A stretch of DNA of 64,000 nt from assembly GCA_964596525.1 (NCBI GenBank), contig CAZQUL010000001.1:806509-870508 (forward strand), given 5' to 3'. This document shows, one piece after another, positions 56,015 through 64,000 of this stretch (positions are counted from its first letter, which is position 1; each line of letters starts with the position of its first letter). The translations under genes were made by a program, and so were the position numbers. The notes under the pieces are model-generated. The model was not told the origin of the DNA, ran no database searches, and saw only the letters and a list, made by a program, of their open reading frames with translations. The stretch is from an uncultured Gammaproteobacteria bacterium. GTDB lineage: Bacteria > Patescibacteriota > Patescibacteriia > Magasanikbacterales > GWA2-37-8.

Positions 56015-57652
56015 TTACGAGACTACAGCCCCGCCGAAAGCGGCTGCCAGATCTTCCGCGTTCAGGCCGGGTGAAACGTGTTCGGTTGGGGCTTTGGAAG
56101 TTCCAGGTACATGTTCGGCGCTGAAGTGAAAGCGGCCGCCGTAGCGCTGCTCAAGGACACTTTCAATGAGTTTTTTATTTTTGGTTTCATTGAGTTTTTC
56201 GGCGTGGAAAGCGTACGCGACGTTCAAAGTGAAACTCGGGCCGGAGAGTTCTTTGGGAGCAGCCATGTTGAGAATAAAGGTGAGCGACGGACTCTCCAGG
56301 CCAATCGTTTTGACGATCTCTTTCCAGTCGCGCTGGATGGCTTCGAGCGTAGCTGTTGAGGGTCCGGTATCAGTAGAGGCAGTAGGGGGAATTGTTGATG
56401 TTGGAGTAGAAGGAGACGAAGTTGCTGTAGGTGCGGATGGTGTTGAAATTGGCGTAGCAGGTCCGGTAAAAGGTTTTTCGGCCGGTTTTGTTCCTGGTAC
56501 GGTTTGAGGGGTAGGACGCGCGGCTCCGGTCGATGGCAGAGTTTGAAGTTGGATTTTTGGTCTCTGAACATACTCCACGGCCAGAAGTTCAAGCGGCAAT
56601 TCGGGAATGGGTGATGTTTTGATCTGGAGTCGCCGTTCCAGTAGTCGATCGACGAGAAGGAGTACCTCGTCAACGGTAAAGAGTTCGAGTGCCTTTTCCA
56701 GGCGGGCAATGGTCTCCTCGTCGAACGTGCCGTTCCAGTTCTTGGTTTCTTTGGTGATTTTGGCGGTGAGAATGGTGCGGGCGATATCAATGAGCTGTAC
56801 GGCAAAATAATCGATATTAAGACCATTGGTCACGAGTCCGGCCAGATAGCTGATCGCAGCTTCGGGGGTCTTTTTTCCCACATGTTCGATGAAAGTGAGG
56901 ACCGCTTCGGTGGTGAGAGGTGGAAGAACGGTTTCTACATCCGCGGTAGTAACCGCACCGTCGTGCGCGAGGGTTAAAATTTGCCCCAGCATGCTTTCGG
57001 CGTCGCGCAAGCCGCCTTCGCATTTGATGATGAGCCGGTCAAGAACGGCATCTTCCACCTTTACTCCTTCTTCGGCGATGAGTTTGTGCAGGCGTTCTTT
57101 GATGGCTCCTGGCTTGATTTTCTTGAACGTGAACCGCTGGCAGCGGGAGAGAATGGTGGCGGGAAGCTTGTGGAGTTCGGTTGTTGCGAGAATGAAGAGC
57201 GCGTGGGCGGGTGGCTCCTCGAGCGTTTTAAGGAGGGCGTTGAAGGCACTTGTCGAGAGCATGTGCACTTCGTCGATGATAAAGATTTTGTAGGGCGAGC
57301 GGGTCGGCTTGAACTGCGCGTTGTCGATGATATGTTCGCGTACGTTATCGACACCGGTATGCGAGGCTGCATCGATTTCAATCACGTCCACGCTGCGCTG
57401 CGCAGTAATTTCTTGGCAGGAGGTGCAGGTATTGCAGGGTTCAAAACTGTCTTTGGCCCGGTTTTGGCAGTTGATGGCTTTGGCAAAGAGACGAGCGGTA
57501 GAAGTTTTGCCCGTGCCACGCGGGCCGGAAAATAGGTAAGCATGACCCAGGCGGTTAAGAAGAAGTTCGTTGGTGAGGGTCTGGCGGATATCATCTTGGC
57601 CGACCAGATCGGCAAATCGTTGTGGGCGGTATTTGCGGTAAAGCGTGGTCAT
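56015..57652 (-). CDS. dnaX: DNA polymerase III gamma/tau subunit
   Basis: LYRKYRPQ.F, GPRGTGKTS, EIDAAS, IIDEVHML, NALLKTLEEPP, SRCQ. Confidence 0.98.
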   Translation of the reverse strand: MTTLYRKYRPQRFADLVGQDDIRQTLTNELLLNRLGHAYLFSGPRGTGKTSTARLFAKAINCQNRAKDSFEPCNTCTSCQEITAQRSVDVIEIDAASHTGVDNVREHIIDNAQFKPTRSPYKIFIIDEVHMLSTSAFNALLKTLEEPPAHALFILATTELHKLPATILSRCQRFTFKKIKPGAIKERLHKLIAEEGVKVEDAVLDRLIIKCEGGLRDAESMLGQILTLAHDGAVTTADVETVLPPLTTEAVLTFIEHVGKKTPEAAISYLAGLVTNGLNIDYFAVQLIDIARTILTAKITKETKNWNGTFDEETIARLEKALELFTVDEVLLLVDRLLERRLQIKTSPIPELPLELLAVEYVQRPKIQLQTLPSTGAARPTPQTVPGTKPAEKPFTGPATPISTPSAPTATSSPSTPTSTIPPTASTDTGPSTATLEAIQRDWKEIVKTIGLESPSLTFILNMAAPKELSGPSFTLNVAYAFHAEKLNETKNKKLIESVLEQRYGGRFHFSAEHVPGTSKAPTEHVSPGLNAEDLAAAFGGAVVS

Positions 57653-57762
57653 AGACGAAAAAGTGGGTAAGACTCTTGGGCTATTGTAGCCAGAAATACG
57701 ATGCCTGACAAATCGTTCTCAATGTTGTTTTCGAAACCTTTTACGGAGGCTGTGGAGGAAAA

Positions 57763-57791
57763 TTGACAGGTTTTATGGTATGTGATACATA
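57763..57791 (+). promoter_or_regulatory. Possible sigma70-type promoter
   Basis: TTGACA-N17-TACATA with TGn extension; imperfect -10. Confidence 0.45.
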
Positions 57792-57822
57792 GTATGTGAA
57801 ACCTTCCAGAGAGAGGTGTGCG

Positions 57823-58359
57823 ATGAACAGGATGAGTTTCTCGTGGTTGTGCGGCGTGGCACTGCTTGCCGCTTGCGCTGTTTCCCAAGAAAACGTCGTG
57901 CCGAGCGCTGCGGTTTCCGTTGTCGAATCCGTGGCCACATCAGAAAAGGAGATTTTCGCCCGAGCGCGCCCGATACCGACCAATCTACCATCCGTTACGG
58001 CGTATGATTCCGCGATCCTGCGGGTTGTTACTCAGCCGGTTGATATTCTTCTGCCCCCGTACGATGTGGGCGAAGAAGATAAAAGTCCTACTATTACCCG
58101 CAAACCCGCCACGCAGATTGAAGTTGCCTGCGTGAAGGCGCACCGGCTCGATTGGCAACAAGAACGCGGCGATGCGTTCTCCATCGGCATCCTCTGTGAT
58201 GAGGTGCCGGTTGCCATCATCAGGAATCGAGGGCGGGGAAATGCCCTCACCGTGCTTGGTCGCTATATCGAACCCGAGGGCAATCGTCTGAAGATGTACT
58301 ACGCGAGCCATGAAGGCGTCGATGTTATTGCGTGCCTCAATCCGCGTTCTTGCCACTAG
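57823..58359 (+). CDS. Putative lipoprotein (orphan)
   Basis: GAGGTG SD; LLAA-C lipobox. Confidence 0.68.
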   Translation: MNRMSFSWLCGVALLAACAVSQENVVPSAAVSVVESVATSEKEIFARARPIPTNLPSVTAYDSAILRVVTQPVDILLPPYDVGEEDKSPTITRKPATQIEVACVKAHRLDWQQERGDAFSIGILCDEVPVAIIRNRGRGNALTVLGRYIEPEGNRLKMYYASHEGVDVIACLNPRSCH

Positions 58360-58404
58360 CCCTTTTTATCTCCATCTCTAAGCCTTTCTATGGAAAGGCT
58401 TTAT

Positions 58405-58440
58405 ACAAAACACCCTGACCGAATGATCAGGGTGTTTTGT
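58405..58440. terminator. Bidirectional terminator (second hairpin at 58380-58401)
   Basis: ACAAAACACCCTGA/TCAGGGTGTTTTGT. Confidence 0.78.
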
Positions 58441-58442
58441 TT

Positions 58443-60986
58443 TTACAACGTTGCTTCGCTTAAATCTACATTGCTTGGTTTGGATACGCCGAGTGCGGCG
58501 CGTTCCATGATTTCGGCGTTTACCACGTCGCGGGGGCGGCCGTACTTGAGGCGCGAAAGTTCCTTGATGGCCGCGGCGAGCTCTTTGTTACCCGGTTGCG
58601 GCGGATACGTCATCATATTGAACGGTTTGGCGGCAGTATTGTCGATGAGGAGTTTGATGTAGGCGGTAAACTGCTCCACGTTCACGAGGTCATAGGCGCC
58701 AAAAACCGGCGCGAATTCTTTGGCGAGGATTTCGGCATCCTCCACGCCGATACGGAAACTGACGAGCGTACCTGCGTTACCGAGCACGGCATCGCGTACC
58801 GTAGTTTTGCCCTTGTTGTCTTCGAGCTGCTTCATGTACTGGTGCGCGATGATAAGTTCCAAACGGTATTTGCGCGCTTCAGACAAAATGGTGGCGATGG
58901 AGTCGGTAATGAAGTTCTGAAACTCGTCGATATAGAGGAAGAAGTCGTGGCGTTGTTCTTCGGGGAGTGCGGCACGTTCGAGCGCGGCCATCTGGAGTTT
59001 GGATACGATAATCATGCCGAGCAGGTTGGCGTTGATTTCACCCACCAAACCTTTGGCCAGGTTGACAAGCAAGATTTTCTTTTTGTCCATGATATCGCGG
59101 AAGTTGAAACCGGAACGCGTTTGACCGATGATGTTTCGGACCATTTCGTTTTCCACGAAGCGGCCGACTTTCGAAATGAGGTAACCAAGCATTTCGGATT
59201 TATGGAAGTCGGACGTTTTGGCCATTTCTTTTTCCCAAAAGGCGAGCACCATCGGGTCCTTGAGTTTCTTTTTCCACTTTTCCACGAAGGCATCGTCGGT
59301 GAACATGCGGGGGATTTCCACGATGCTGCCGGGGTTTTCGAGATCCGCCATGAGCGTCAACATGACGTTTCTCATGTTGTGCTCGAACATCGGGCCGATC
59401 ATGGCCGGATCCGATACCATCTTGTAGAAAATGGAGATCATTTCTTGCGTCACGAAGTCTTTCTGTTCCTCGGTGCGCGCTTCGAGCATGTTGAGACCGA
59501 TGGGGCGCTCGATGTCTGATGGATTAAAGTACACAACGTCGTCGGCGCGCTCTTTGGGCACGTGCTGCAAAACGTATTCCACGAAATCGCCGTGCGGATC
59601 GATGACACATACGCCTTCACCGTTAATAACATCTTGCACGGCCAGGTTCTGGATGAAGACCGATTTACCGCTACCGGATTTACCGATGACGTAGAGGTGG
59701 CGGCGGCGGTCGGCACGCTTCATGCGTACAATGGTTTCTTCGCCGCGATAAATTGAACGGCCAAGGATAATGCCGTCTTTCGGTATATTGATGGGCGGGG
59801 GGGCCTTACGGGCGCCGAGCCAGTTGACGTGGGGGGTTTCGGTGGAAGCCGTGGGAAGGTGCCAGAGGCTTGCTAGTTCGGTCGTATTGACTACCATGTA
59901 GTGGTCTTCGCGCATGGTGCGGTAGATGGAATCTTCGATGAGGCGGTTGGGATTTTTGGGGATGGCAGCGGTAAGCGTGTTGCCGTAACGGTAGATGTTG
60001 TACTGACTGTAAGCGTTGATGATGTTTTCGAGGTTCATCATGGCCTGCTCTTTGCTCTCCGACGAGCTGACCAGACGGATCGTAATTTCAAGCCCGCCAT
60101 GGCTCATTTTTTCTTCCATGCTTTTTACCATTTCTTCTTCCATCTGCGTGGGGCGGTACGGATCTTCGCCGTCTTTTTTCTTGCTGTCTACCGCGGGTTT
60201 AAAGCCCTGGTACCATTTTTTCTTGTCCATGACGCTTTCCACTTTTTTGCCGGCACGGATATCGCGGATCTTGGCCACGCCTTGCTTGCGCCATTCGGAT
60301 GATGCTGGGCGGATGACGTACTGGATAATAGCACCTTCGTTGTCAGTCAGTTTGCTGAGCGGGTTAAGGAGCGATACCAACGGGTCGCTTTCGATTTTCT
60401 GGTAGTTTTTAAGCGGAAACGCGGAATTGTTCTTGAGCCATAAATACGCTCCGACCACCACGCTTTTAGGTTTGAAAATATTATAGTCGGACTCTTCGGT
60501 GATTTCGGCGTGGGGGTACTGGGCGTGGATCTGCTGCTCGATGAAATCGCGGAATTTAGCAGGAACGGCGACGTAGAAGGAGATTTTGCTGTCTTTGACG
60601 ACAATCTCGAACGAACTATGATCATTCCTGCCGTGTAGCCAGGATTTTTCCGGCTTAAGACCTGCGAGTGCGGCAAAGAGCGTTTCGCACACCGCGATCT
60701 GCTCGCGGATCTGGTTGATGTTTTCTTCGCCGCCGCCTCCGCCTGCCGAGTCGGATTTGCGTTCTTTGGGCACGCGGATGAGGAGTACGGTTTTATTGAA
60801 GGCACGGCTTTTGCGCGCCTTGCTGTGTAAAACGGCGCGGGCGATGTAGAGCCCGGCTACGGCGAGCAAAATGAGCACGACGACCCCTCCGGCAACAGCC
60901 ACGCCGAGCATAACGGTTTTGTTATCCGTAAGCGACGAAGCGGAAAACGATGATAACGATGATATGAAAGAAGAAATAGGGTCCAT
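58443..60986 (-). CDS. VirD4/TraD/TrwB-like type IV coupling ATPase
   Basis: N-terminal TM; DRRRHLYVIGKSGSGKS, IDPHGD, LYIDEFQNF, LSEARKY.L....AHQ. Confidence 0.9.
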   Translation of the reverse strand: MDPISSFISSLSSFSASSLTDNKTVMLGVAVAGGVVVLILLAVAGLYIARAVLHSKARKSRAFNKTVLLIRVPKERKSDSAGGGGGEENINQIREQIAVCETLFAALAGLKPEKSWLHGRNDHSSFEIVVKDSKISFYVAVPAKFRDFIEQQIHAQYPHAEITEESDYNIFKPKSVVVGAYLWLKNNSAFPLKNYQKIESDPLVSLLNPLSKLTDNEGAIIQYVIRPASSEWRKQGVAKIRDIRAGKKVESVMDKKKWYQGFKPAVDSKKKDGEDPYRPTQMEEEMVKSMEEKMSHGGLEITIRLVSSSESKEQAMMNLENIINAYSQYNIYRYGNTLTAAIPKNPNRLIEDSIYRTMREDHYMVVNTTELASLWHLPTASTETPHVNWLGARKAPPPINIPKDGIILGRSIYRGEETIVRMKRADRRRHLYVIGKSGSGKSVFIQNLAVQDVINGEGVCVIDPHGDFVEYVLQHVPKERADDVVYFNPSDIERPIGLNMLEARTEEQKDFVTQEMISIFYKMVSDPAMIGPMFEHNMRNVMLTLMADLENPGSIVEIPRMFTDDAFVEKWKKKLKDPMVLAFWEKEMAKTSDFHKSEMLGYLISKVGRFVENEMVRNIIGQTRSGFNFRDIMDKKKILLVNLAKGLVGEINANLLGMIIVSKLQMAALERAALPEEQRHDFFLYIDEFQNFITDSIATILSEARKYRLELIIAHQYMKQLEDNKGKTTVRDAVLGNAGTLVSFRIGVEDAEILAKEFAPVFGAYDLVNVEQFTAYIKLLIDNTAAKPFNMMTYPPQPGNKELAAAIKELSRLKYGRPRDVVNAEIMERAALGVSKPSNVDLSEATL

Positions 60987-61071
60987 ACGAAAGTGACAGA
61001 GTAAGGTACGGTAGCCGTAGTGTACCACGAATGAGGGGTTTTTGATAGGCAAAAACAAGCCTGTTTTAATC

Positions 61072-61099
61072 CAAAACGCCCTCGGGCGAGGGCGTTTTG
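61072..61099 (-). terminator. Hairpin (terminator-like)
   Basis: CAAAACGCCCTCG/CGAGGGCGTTTTG. Confidence 0.6.
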
Positions 61100-61107
61100 C
61101 AGGTTCT

Positions 61108-61602
61108 TTATTCTTTGTTGACGAGCTTCATAAGGCGGTCGGTTTTTATCTTCGCTTCTTGCTCGAGGAAGAAGCGGTTGACGCCCGGTAGGATTTTGAG
61201 CCACTCGAAGATGAGAGTGAATATTTTTTCGACCTGCGATTTGCCGGAAGCAAGAATTTCGCGAATGGCGCGGGATGTTTGTTCGCCTTTGATTTTAAAG
61301 GCTTCTTTGGCGGTGGGGGAGAGCTCGCGGTATACGTCGCCGATGTTTTCTTCGAGGATTTTTTCTACTTTGACGGTGATTTCGTCACGGGTCGCGGGAA
61401 TCGGGGGTGGGGTACGGCGCAGCGGATTGAAGCTCCGCTTCTGACCGGTTTCGGCGGCCTTGCCCGGTTCTTTGCGTTCTTTTTCGCGAGCGGTTTCTCG
61501 TTGTTCGCGCGGTTTTTCTTGGTCGGGACGCTTAAGATCACCGGTCTGTTCCGGTTGGTTCATTACTTTTCGTTCGGGTTGCGGACCGAGTTCGGTAGGC
61601 AT
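61108..61602 (-). CDS. Hypothetical protein upstream of the coupling ATPase
   Basis: Charged N-terminus, then WLKILPGVNRFFLEQEAKIKTD; TGcTATACT 9 nt before the ATG. Confidence 0.8.
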   Translation of the reverse strand: MPTELGPQPERKVMNQPEQTGDLKRPDQEKPREQRETAREKERKEPGKAAETGQKRSFNPLRRTPPPIPATRDEITVKVEKILEENIGDVYRELSPTAKEAFKIKGEQTSRAIREILASGKSQVEKIFTLIFEWLKILPGVNRFFLEQEAKIKTDRLMKLVNKE

Positions 61603-61664
61603 AGTGGGAGTAGTATAGCACGTTGGCCTCCTCGCCAAAAGTGTAGAGGCAACTTCTAGCAGTG

Positions 61665-63089
61665 TCAATGGTCCAGTTTTTTCTCGATTTTGGTGCCTTC
61701 GGGCGTGTCTTTGACGATGTAGCCGAGCGTTTCAAGTTCTGCACGTAAGCGGTCGGATTCGGCCCAGTTTTTGGTGGTGCGAGCGGTGTTGCGCGCAGTA
61801 ACAAGATTTGCAGCTTCGTCGGAGATATTTCCTGTAACACGAGCATTGAACGTGTCGAAATCTTCAGCTCCTTTGGCTATTGCAAGACCAAGAACCGAAT
61901 CAATGTCCAAAAGTTTTTTGTATGAAAATTTCGATTCCAAATAGTCTGATGACAATAAAGTGTGGAGAGCGGCCAGCCCCTGTGACGTATTGAGATCGTC
62001 GAGAACGCTTTCTTGCCAGTTTGAGGTGGCGGAAATGGATTTATCACCGGTGACCCTCTTTAACTTCCATGCCGCTTCGTACAAACGCTCTAGACTAACC
62101 TTGGACGCTTCAAGAGATTTTAAGCTAAAATTTTGTTGTGTCCGATAGTGCGCACCGAGAACGGCATACCTCAAATCCAATCCACTGAACCCCTTTTCCT
62201 CCAGATCGCGCAAGGTATAGAAATTTCCCAAACTCTTGGACATTTTTTTACCGTCCACCAAGAGGTGCTCGCTGTGGAACCAGTGGCGGACAAACGGTTC
62301 AGGCGCGTAGAGTGGAGCGCTTTGGGCGATTTCGTTGGTGTGGTGGGGGAAACGCAAATCCACGCCGCCGGTATGGATGGTGGTCGTCGCACCGTTAAAT
62401 TCCCGCCAGTTTACGGCGGAGCATTCGATGTGCCAGCCGGGGCGGCCTTTACCGAGTTCGAGGTCGTCCCAAAAAATCTGCCCGTCGTCTGGAGTATGTG
62501 CTTTCCAGAGGGCGAAGTCGCTCAAGTCGTCTTTGTGGTACTCGTCGTTCGCGATGCGGGCGTTGATTTTTTTACCTTCCATGAATTTTTCGCCCATGAG
62601 CGCGCCGTAATCGTGGAATGATTCCTCGTATTTTTGGATGCTGAAGTAGGTGCTGCCATCATCGGCCCGGTACGCAAAGCCTTGCGCAAGAAGTTTTTTG
62701 ATGAGTTCAATGATTGTCGGTATGACATCAGTAACGTTGACGAAGGCGATATCGTTCACGCTCGCGCCGACTTTTTGCAAGTCGTTTTTAAACAGGTCGA
62801 AGTAGCGCCTGGTGAAACGCTTAAGGTCGTCTGTGGCTGCACCGTTGCCTTTTTCGGCAATCGTCGCTTTGATGGTTTTGTCATCAACGTCGGTGATGTT
62901 CATGACCCAGTTTACGGCATAACCATCGGCCTTGAGCGTGCGGTAAAGAATATCGGCTGAGATAAAACTGCGTAGGTTGCCGATATGCGCGTAGTTGTAG
63001 ACGGTCGGGCCGCAGGAGTAGAGGTTGACCGTTCGATCGTTGGGGATGAGTTCTTTTGTTCGTGTAAGCGAGTTGTAGAGAGAGAGCAT
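61665..63089 (-). CDS. cysS: Cysteine--tRNA ligase
   Basis: YSCGPTVY..AHIGN, DFALWK, GRPGWHIECS, FPHH.NE.AQ, KMSKS. Confidence 0.98.
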   Translation of the reverse strand: MLSLYNSLTRTKELIPNDRTVNLYSCGPTVYNYAHIGNLRSFISADILYRTLKADGYAVNWVMNITDVDDKTIKATIAEKGNGAATDDLKRFTRRYFDLFKNDLQKVGASVNDIAFVNVTDVIPTIIELIKKLLAQGFAYRADDGSTYFSIQKYEESFHDYGALMGEKFMEGKKINARIANDEYHKDDLSDFALWKAHTPDDGQIFWDDLELGKGRPGWHIECSAVNWREFNGATTTIHTGGVDLRFPHHTNEIAQSAPLYAPEPFVRHWFHSEHLLVDGKKMSKSLGNFYTLRDLEEKGFSGLDLRYAVLGAHYRTQQNFSLKSLEASKVSLERLYEAAWKLKRVTGDKSISATSNWQESVLDDLNTSQGLAALHTLLSSDYLESKFSYKKLLDIDSVLGLAIAKGAEDFDTFNARVTGNISDEAANLVTARNTARTTKNWAESDRLRAELETLGYIVKDTPEGTKIEKKLDH

Positions 63090-63263
63090 ACACCCGGGTA
63101 AAATATGCCCAGAGTGGGCAGAAAAAACTATCAACATCCTACCTATTACTATACGTTCTGTCCACCGTTTGCTATACTTAATTCAATTAAAGGAGGTTAA
63201 AGAATCGGTTTTTTCGGCCTCCTCGGTCTTAGGCGAGAGGTTTTCTTTTTCTGTCATTTGCTT

Positions 63264-64000
63264 ATGTTTTGGTCTAAACCCGTTTCCTACGTCGGTATCG
63301 ATTTGGGCGCCGGTGGCGTCAAGCTGGTTGAGTTGCGCGAAGAAAAAAAACGCCCGGTTCTGTTTACCTACGGCCTTACATCCGACCATCATGACGTGCA
63401 CCGCATCCTGTCCATGACCCGTGCGGCTAGCAGTGAAAAAACACAGGCCGCTCCAACGGCTGCCGACGTGGTGGTCAAAAATCCGGCCCCCACTCCGGCT
63501 TCCAACCAAGAAAAAGAACTCGTTACGCGGTATGCCGCGCTGGTAAGCGCCGTGATGAAAAAAGTCGGAGTGAAAGCCAAGAAGGCGCTTGTCAATTTGC
63601 CTGTGTCGGCTGTCTTTCATACCATCGTTACCTTGCCGATCACCAAAAAAGAGGAGTTCGATCATTTATTGCGCGTTGAAGTGCAGAAACTGCTTCCCTA
63701 TAAACTCGACGAAGCGTCGGTTGAGTACGAAATCCTTTCGCAAAACAAAGAAGCCCAGGTGCAGCGCATCTTAGTGCATGCCGTGCCCAACGATTTGTTG
63801 GCGTTTTACACGGCCATGATGGAGCGGGCTGGCTTTAAGCGTGATGATGTGGAATTCGAAACCGAATCAGTCGCGTTGGTGCGCTCTCTTGTCGGCCGCG
63901 ATCCGGCACTCTCGATGATTATTGACATGGGTGCTGAGCGCACGAGCTTCTTTATTGTCGAAGAAGCAAAACCGATCACGCATCATTCCATCGAAGTAGG
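63264..64000 (+). CDS. pilM: Type IV pilus assembly protein PilM (3' truncated; absent from the ORF track)
   Basis: Manual translation: MFWSKPVSYVGIDLGAGGVKLVEL...LFTYG...LPVSAVF...ETESVALVRSLV...IIDMGAERT. Confidence 0.88.
   Translation, partial: MFWSKPVSYVGIDLGAGGVKLVELREEKKRPVLFTYGLTSDHHDVHRILSMTRAASSEKTQAAPTAADVVVKNPAPTPASNQEKELVTRYAALVSAVMKKVGVKAKKALVNLPVSAVFHTIVTLPITKKEEFDHLLRVEVQKLLPYKLDEASVEYEILSQNKEAQVQRILVHAVPNDLLAFYTAMMERAGFKRDDVEFETESVALVRSLVGRDPALSMIIDMGAERTSFFIVEEAKPITHHSIEV

Noticed and set aside
56015-57652. Programmed -1 frameshift in dnaX
   Set aside because: No A-AAA-AAG slippery site with a downstream hairpin seen in the linker; the P/T/S-rich linker is ordinary.

Overview
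A 64-kb chromosomal segment that looks like a Patescibacteria (CPR) genome. This is inferred from the alpha2-type GlyRS, the mostly SD-less housekeeping genes, type IV pilus genes, a chromosomal VirD4/TraD-like ATPase, GxGC lipoboxes and many orphans. The backbone carries frr, glyQS, an M16 peptidase, tpiA, tRNA-Tyr/Thr/Thr, pilD, era, a cytidine deaminase, pyrG, secA, a Qng1-like queuosine salvage enzyme, a complete F-type ATP synthase operon, dsbA, a glycosylation cluster, tkt, tRNA-Gln, dnaX, cysS and pilM. The most notable items are: (1) a three-gene island (16.2-19.9 kb) whose first two genes are GC-rich, with structured intergenic RNA, ending in a TIR-domain protein; (2) a ~170-nt multibranch structured RNA upstream of a giant surface-protein operon; (3) a GTC(A/G)TTGCGA...TCG(C/T)A(A/G)TGA palindromic element family, one copy apparently inserted in frame in transketolase; (4) about ten orphan genes, each with a TTG(A/C)C(A/T)-N17 promoter and a strong SD, two sharing a duplicated 68-nt 3' hairpin; (5) a putative ADP-ribosyltransferase-fold / duplicated HRD-motif protein / Nudix trio; (6) a Na+-type c-ring next to a GC-rich IT-superfamily transporter; (7) a HEAT-repeat protein with an atypical kinase-like domain. 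All family calls come from motifs read by eye; no database search was run.
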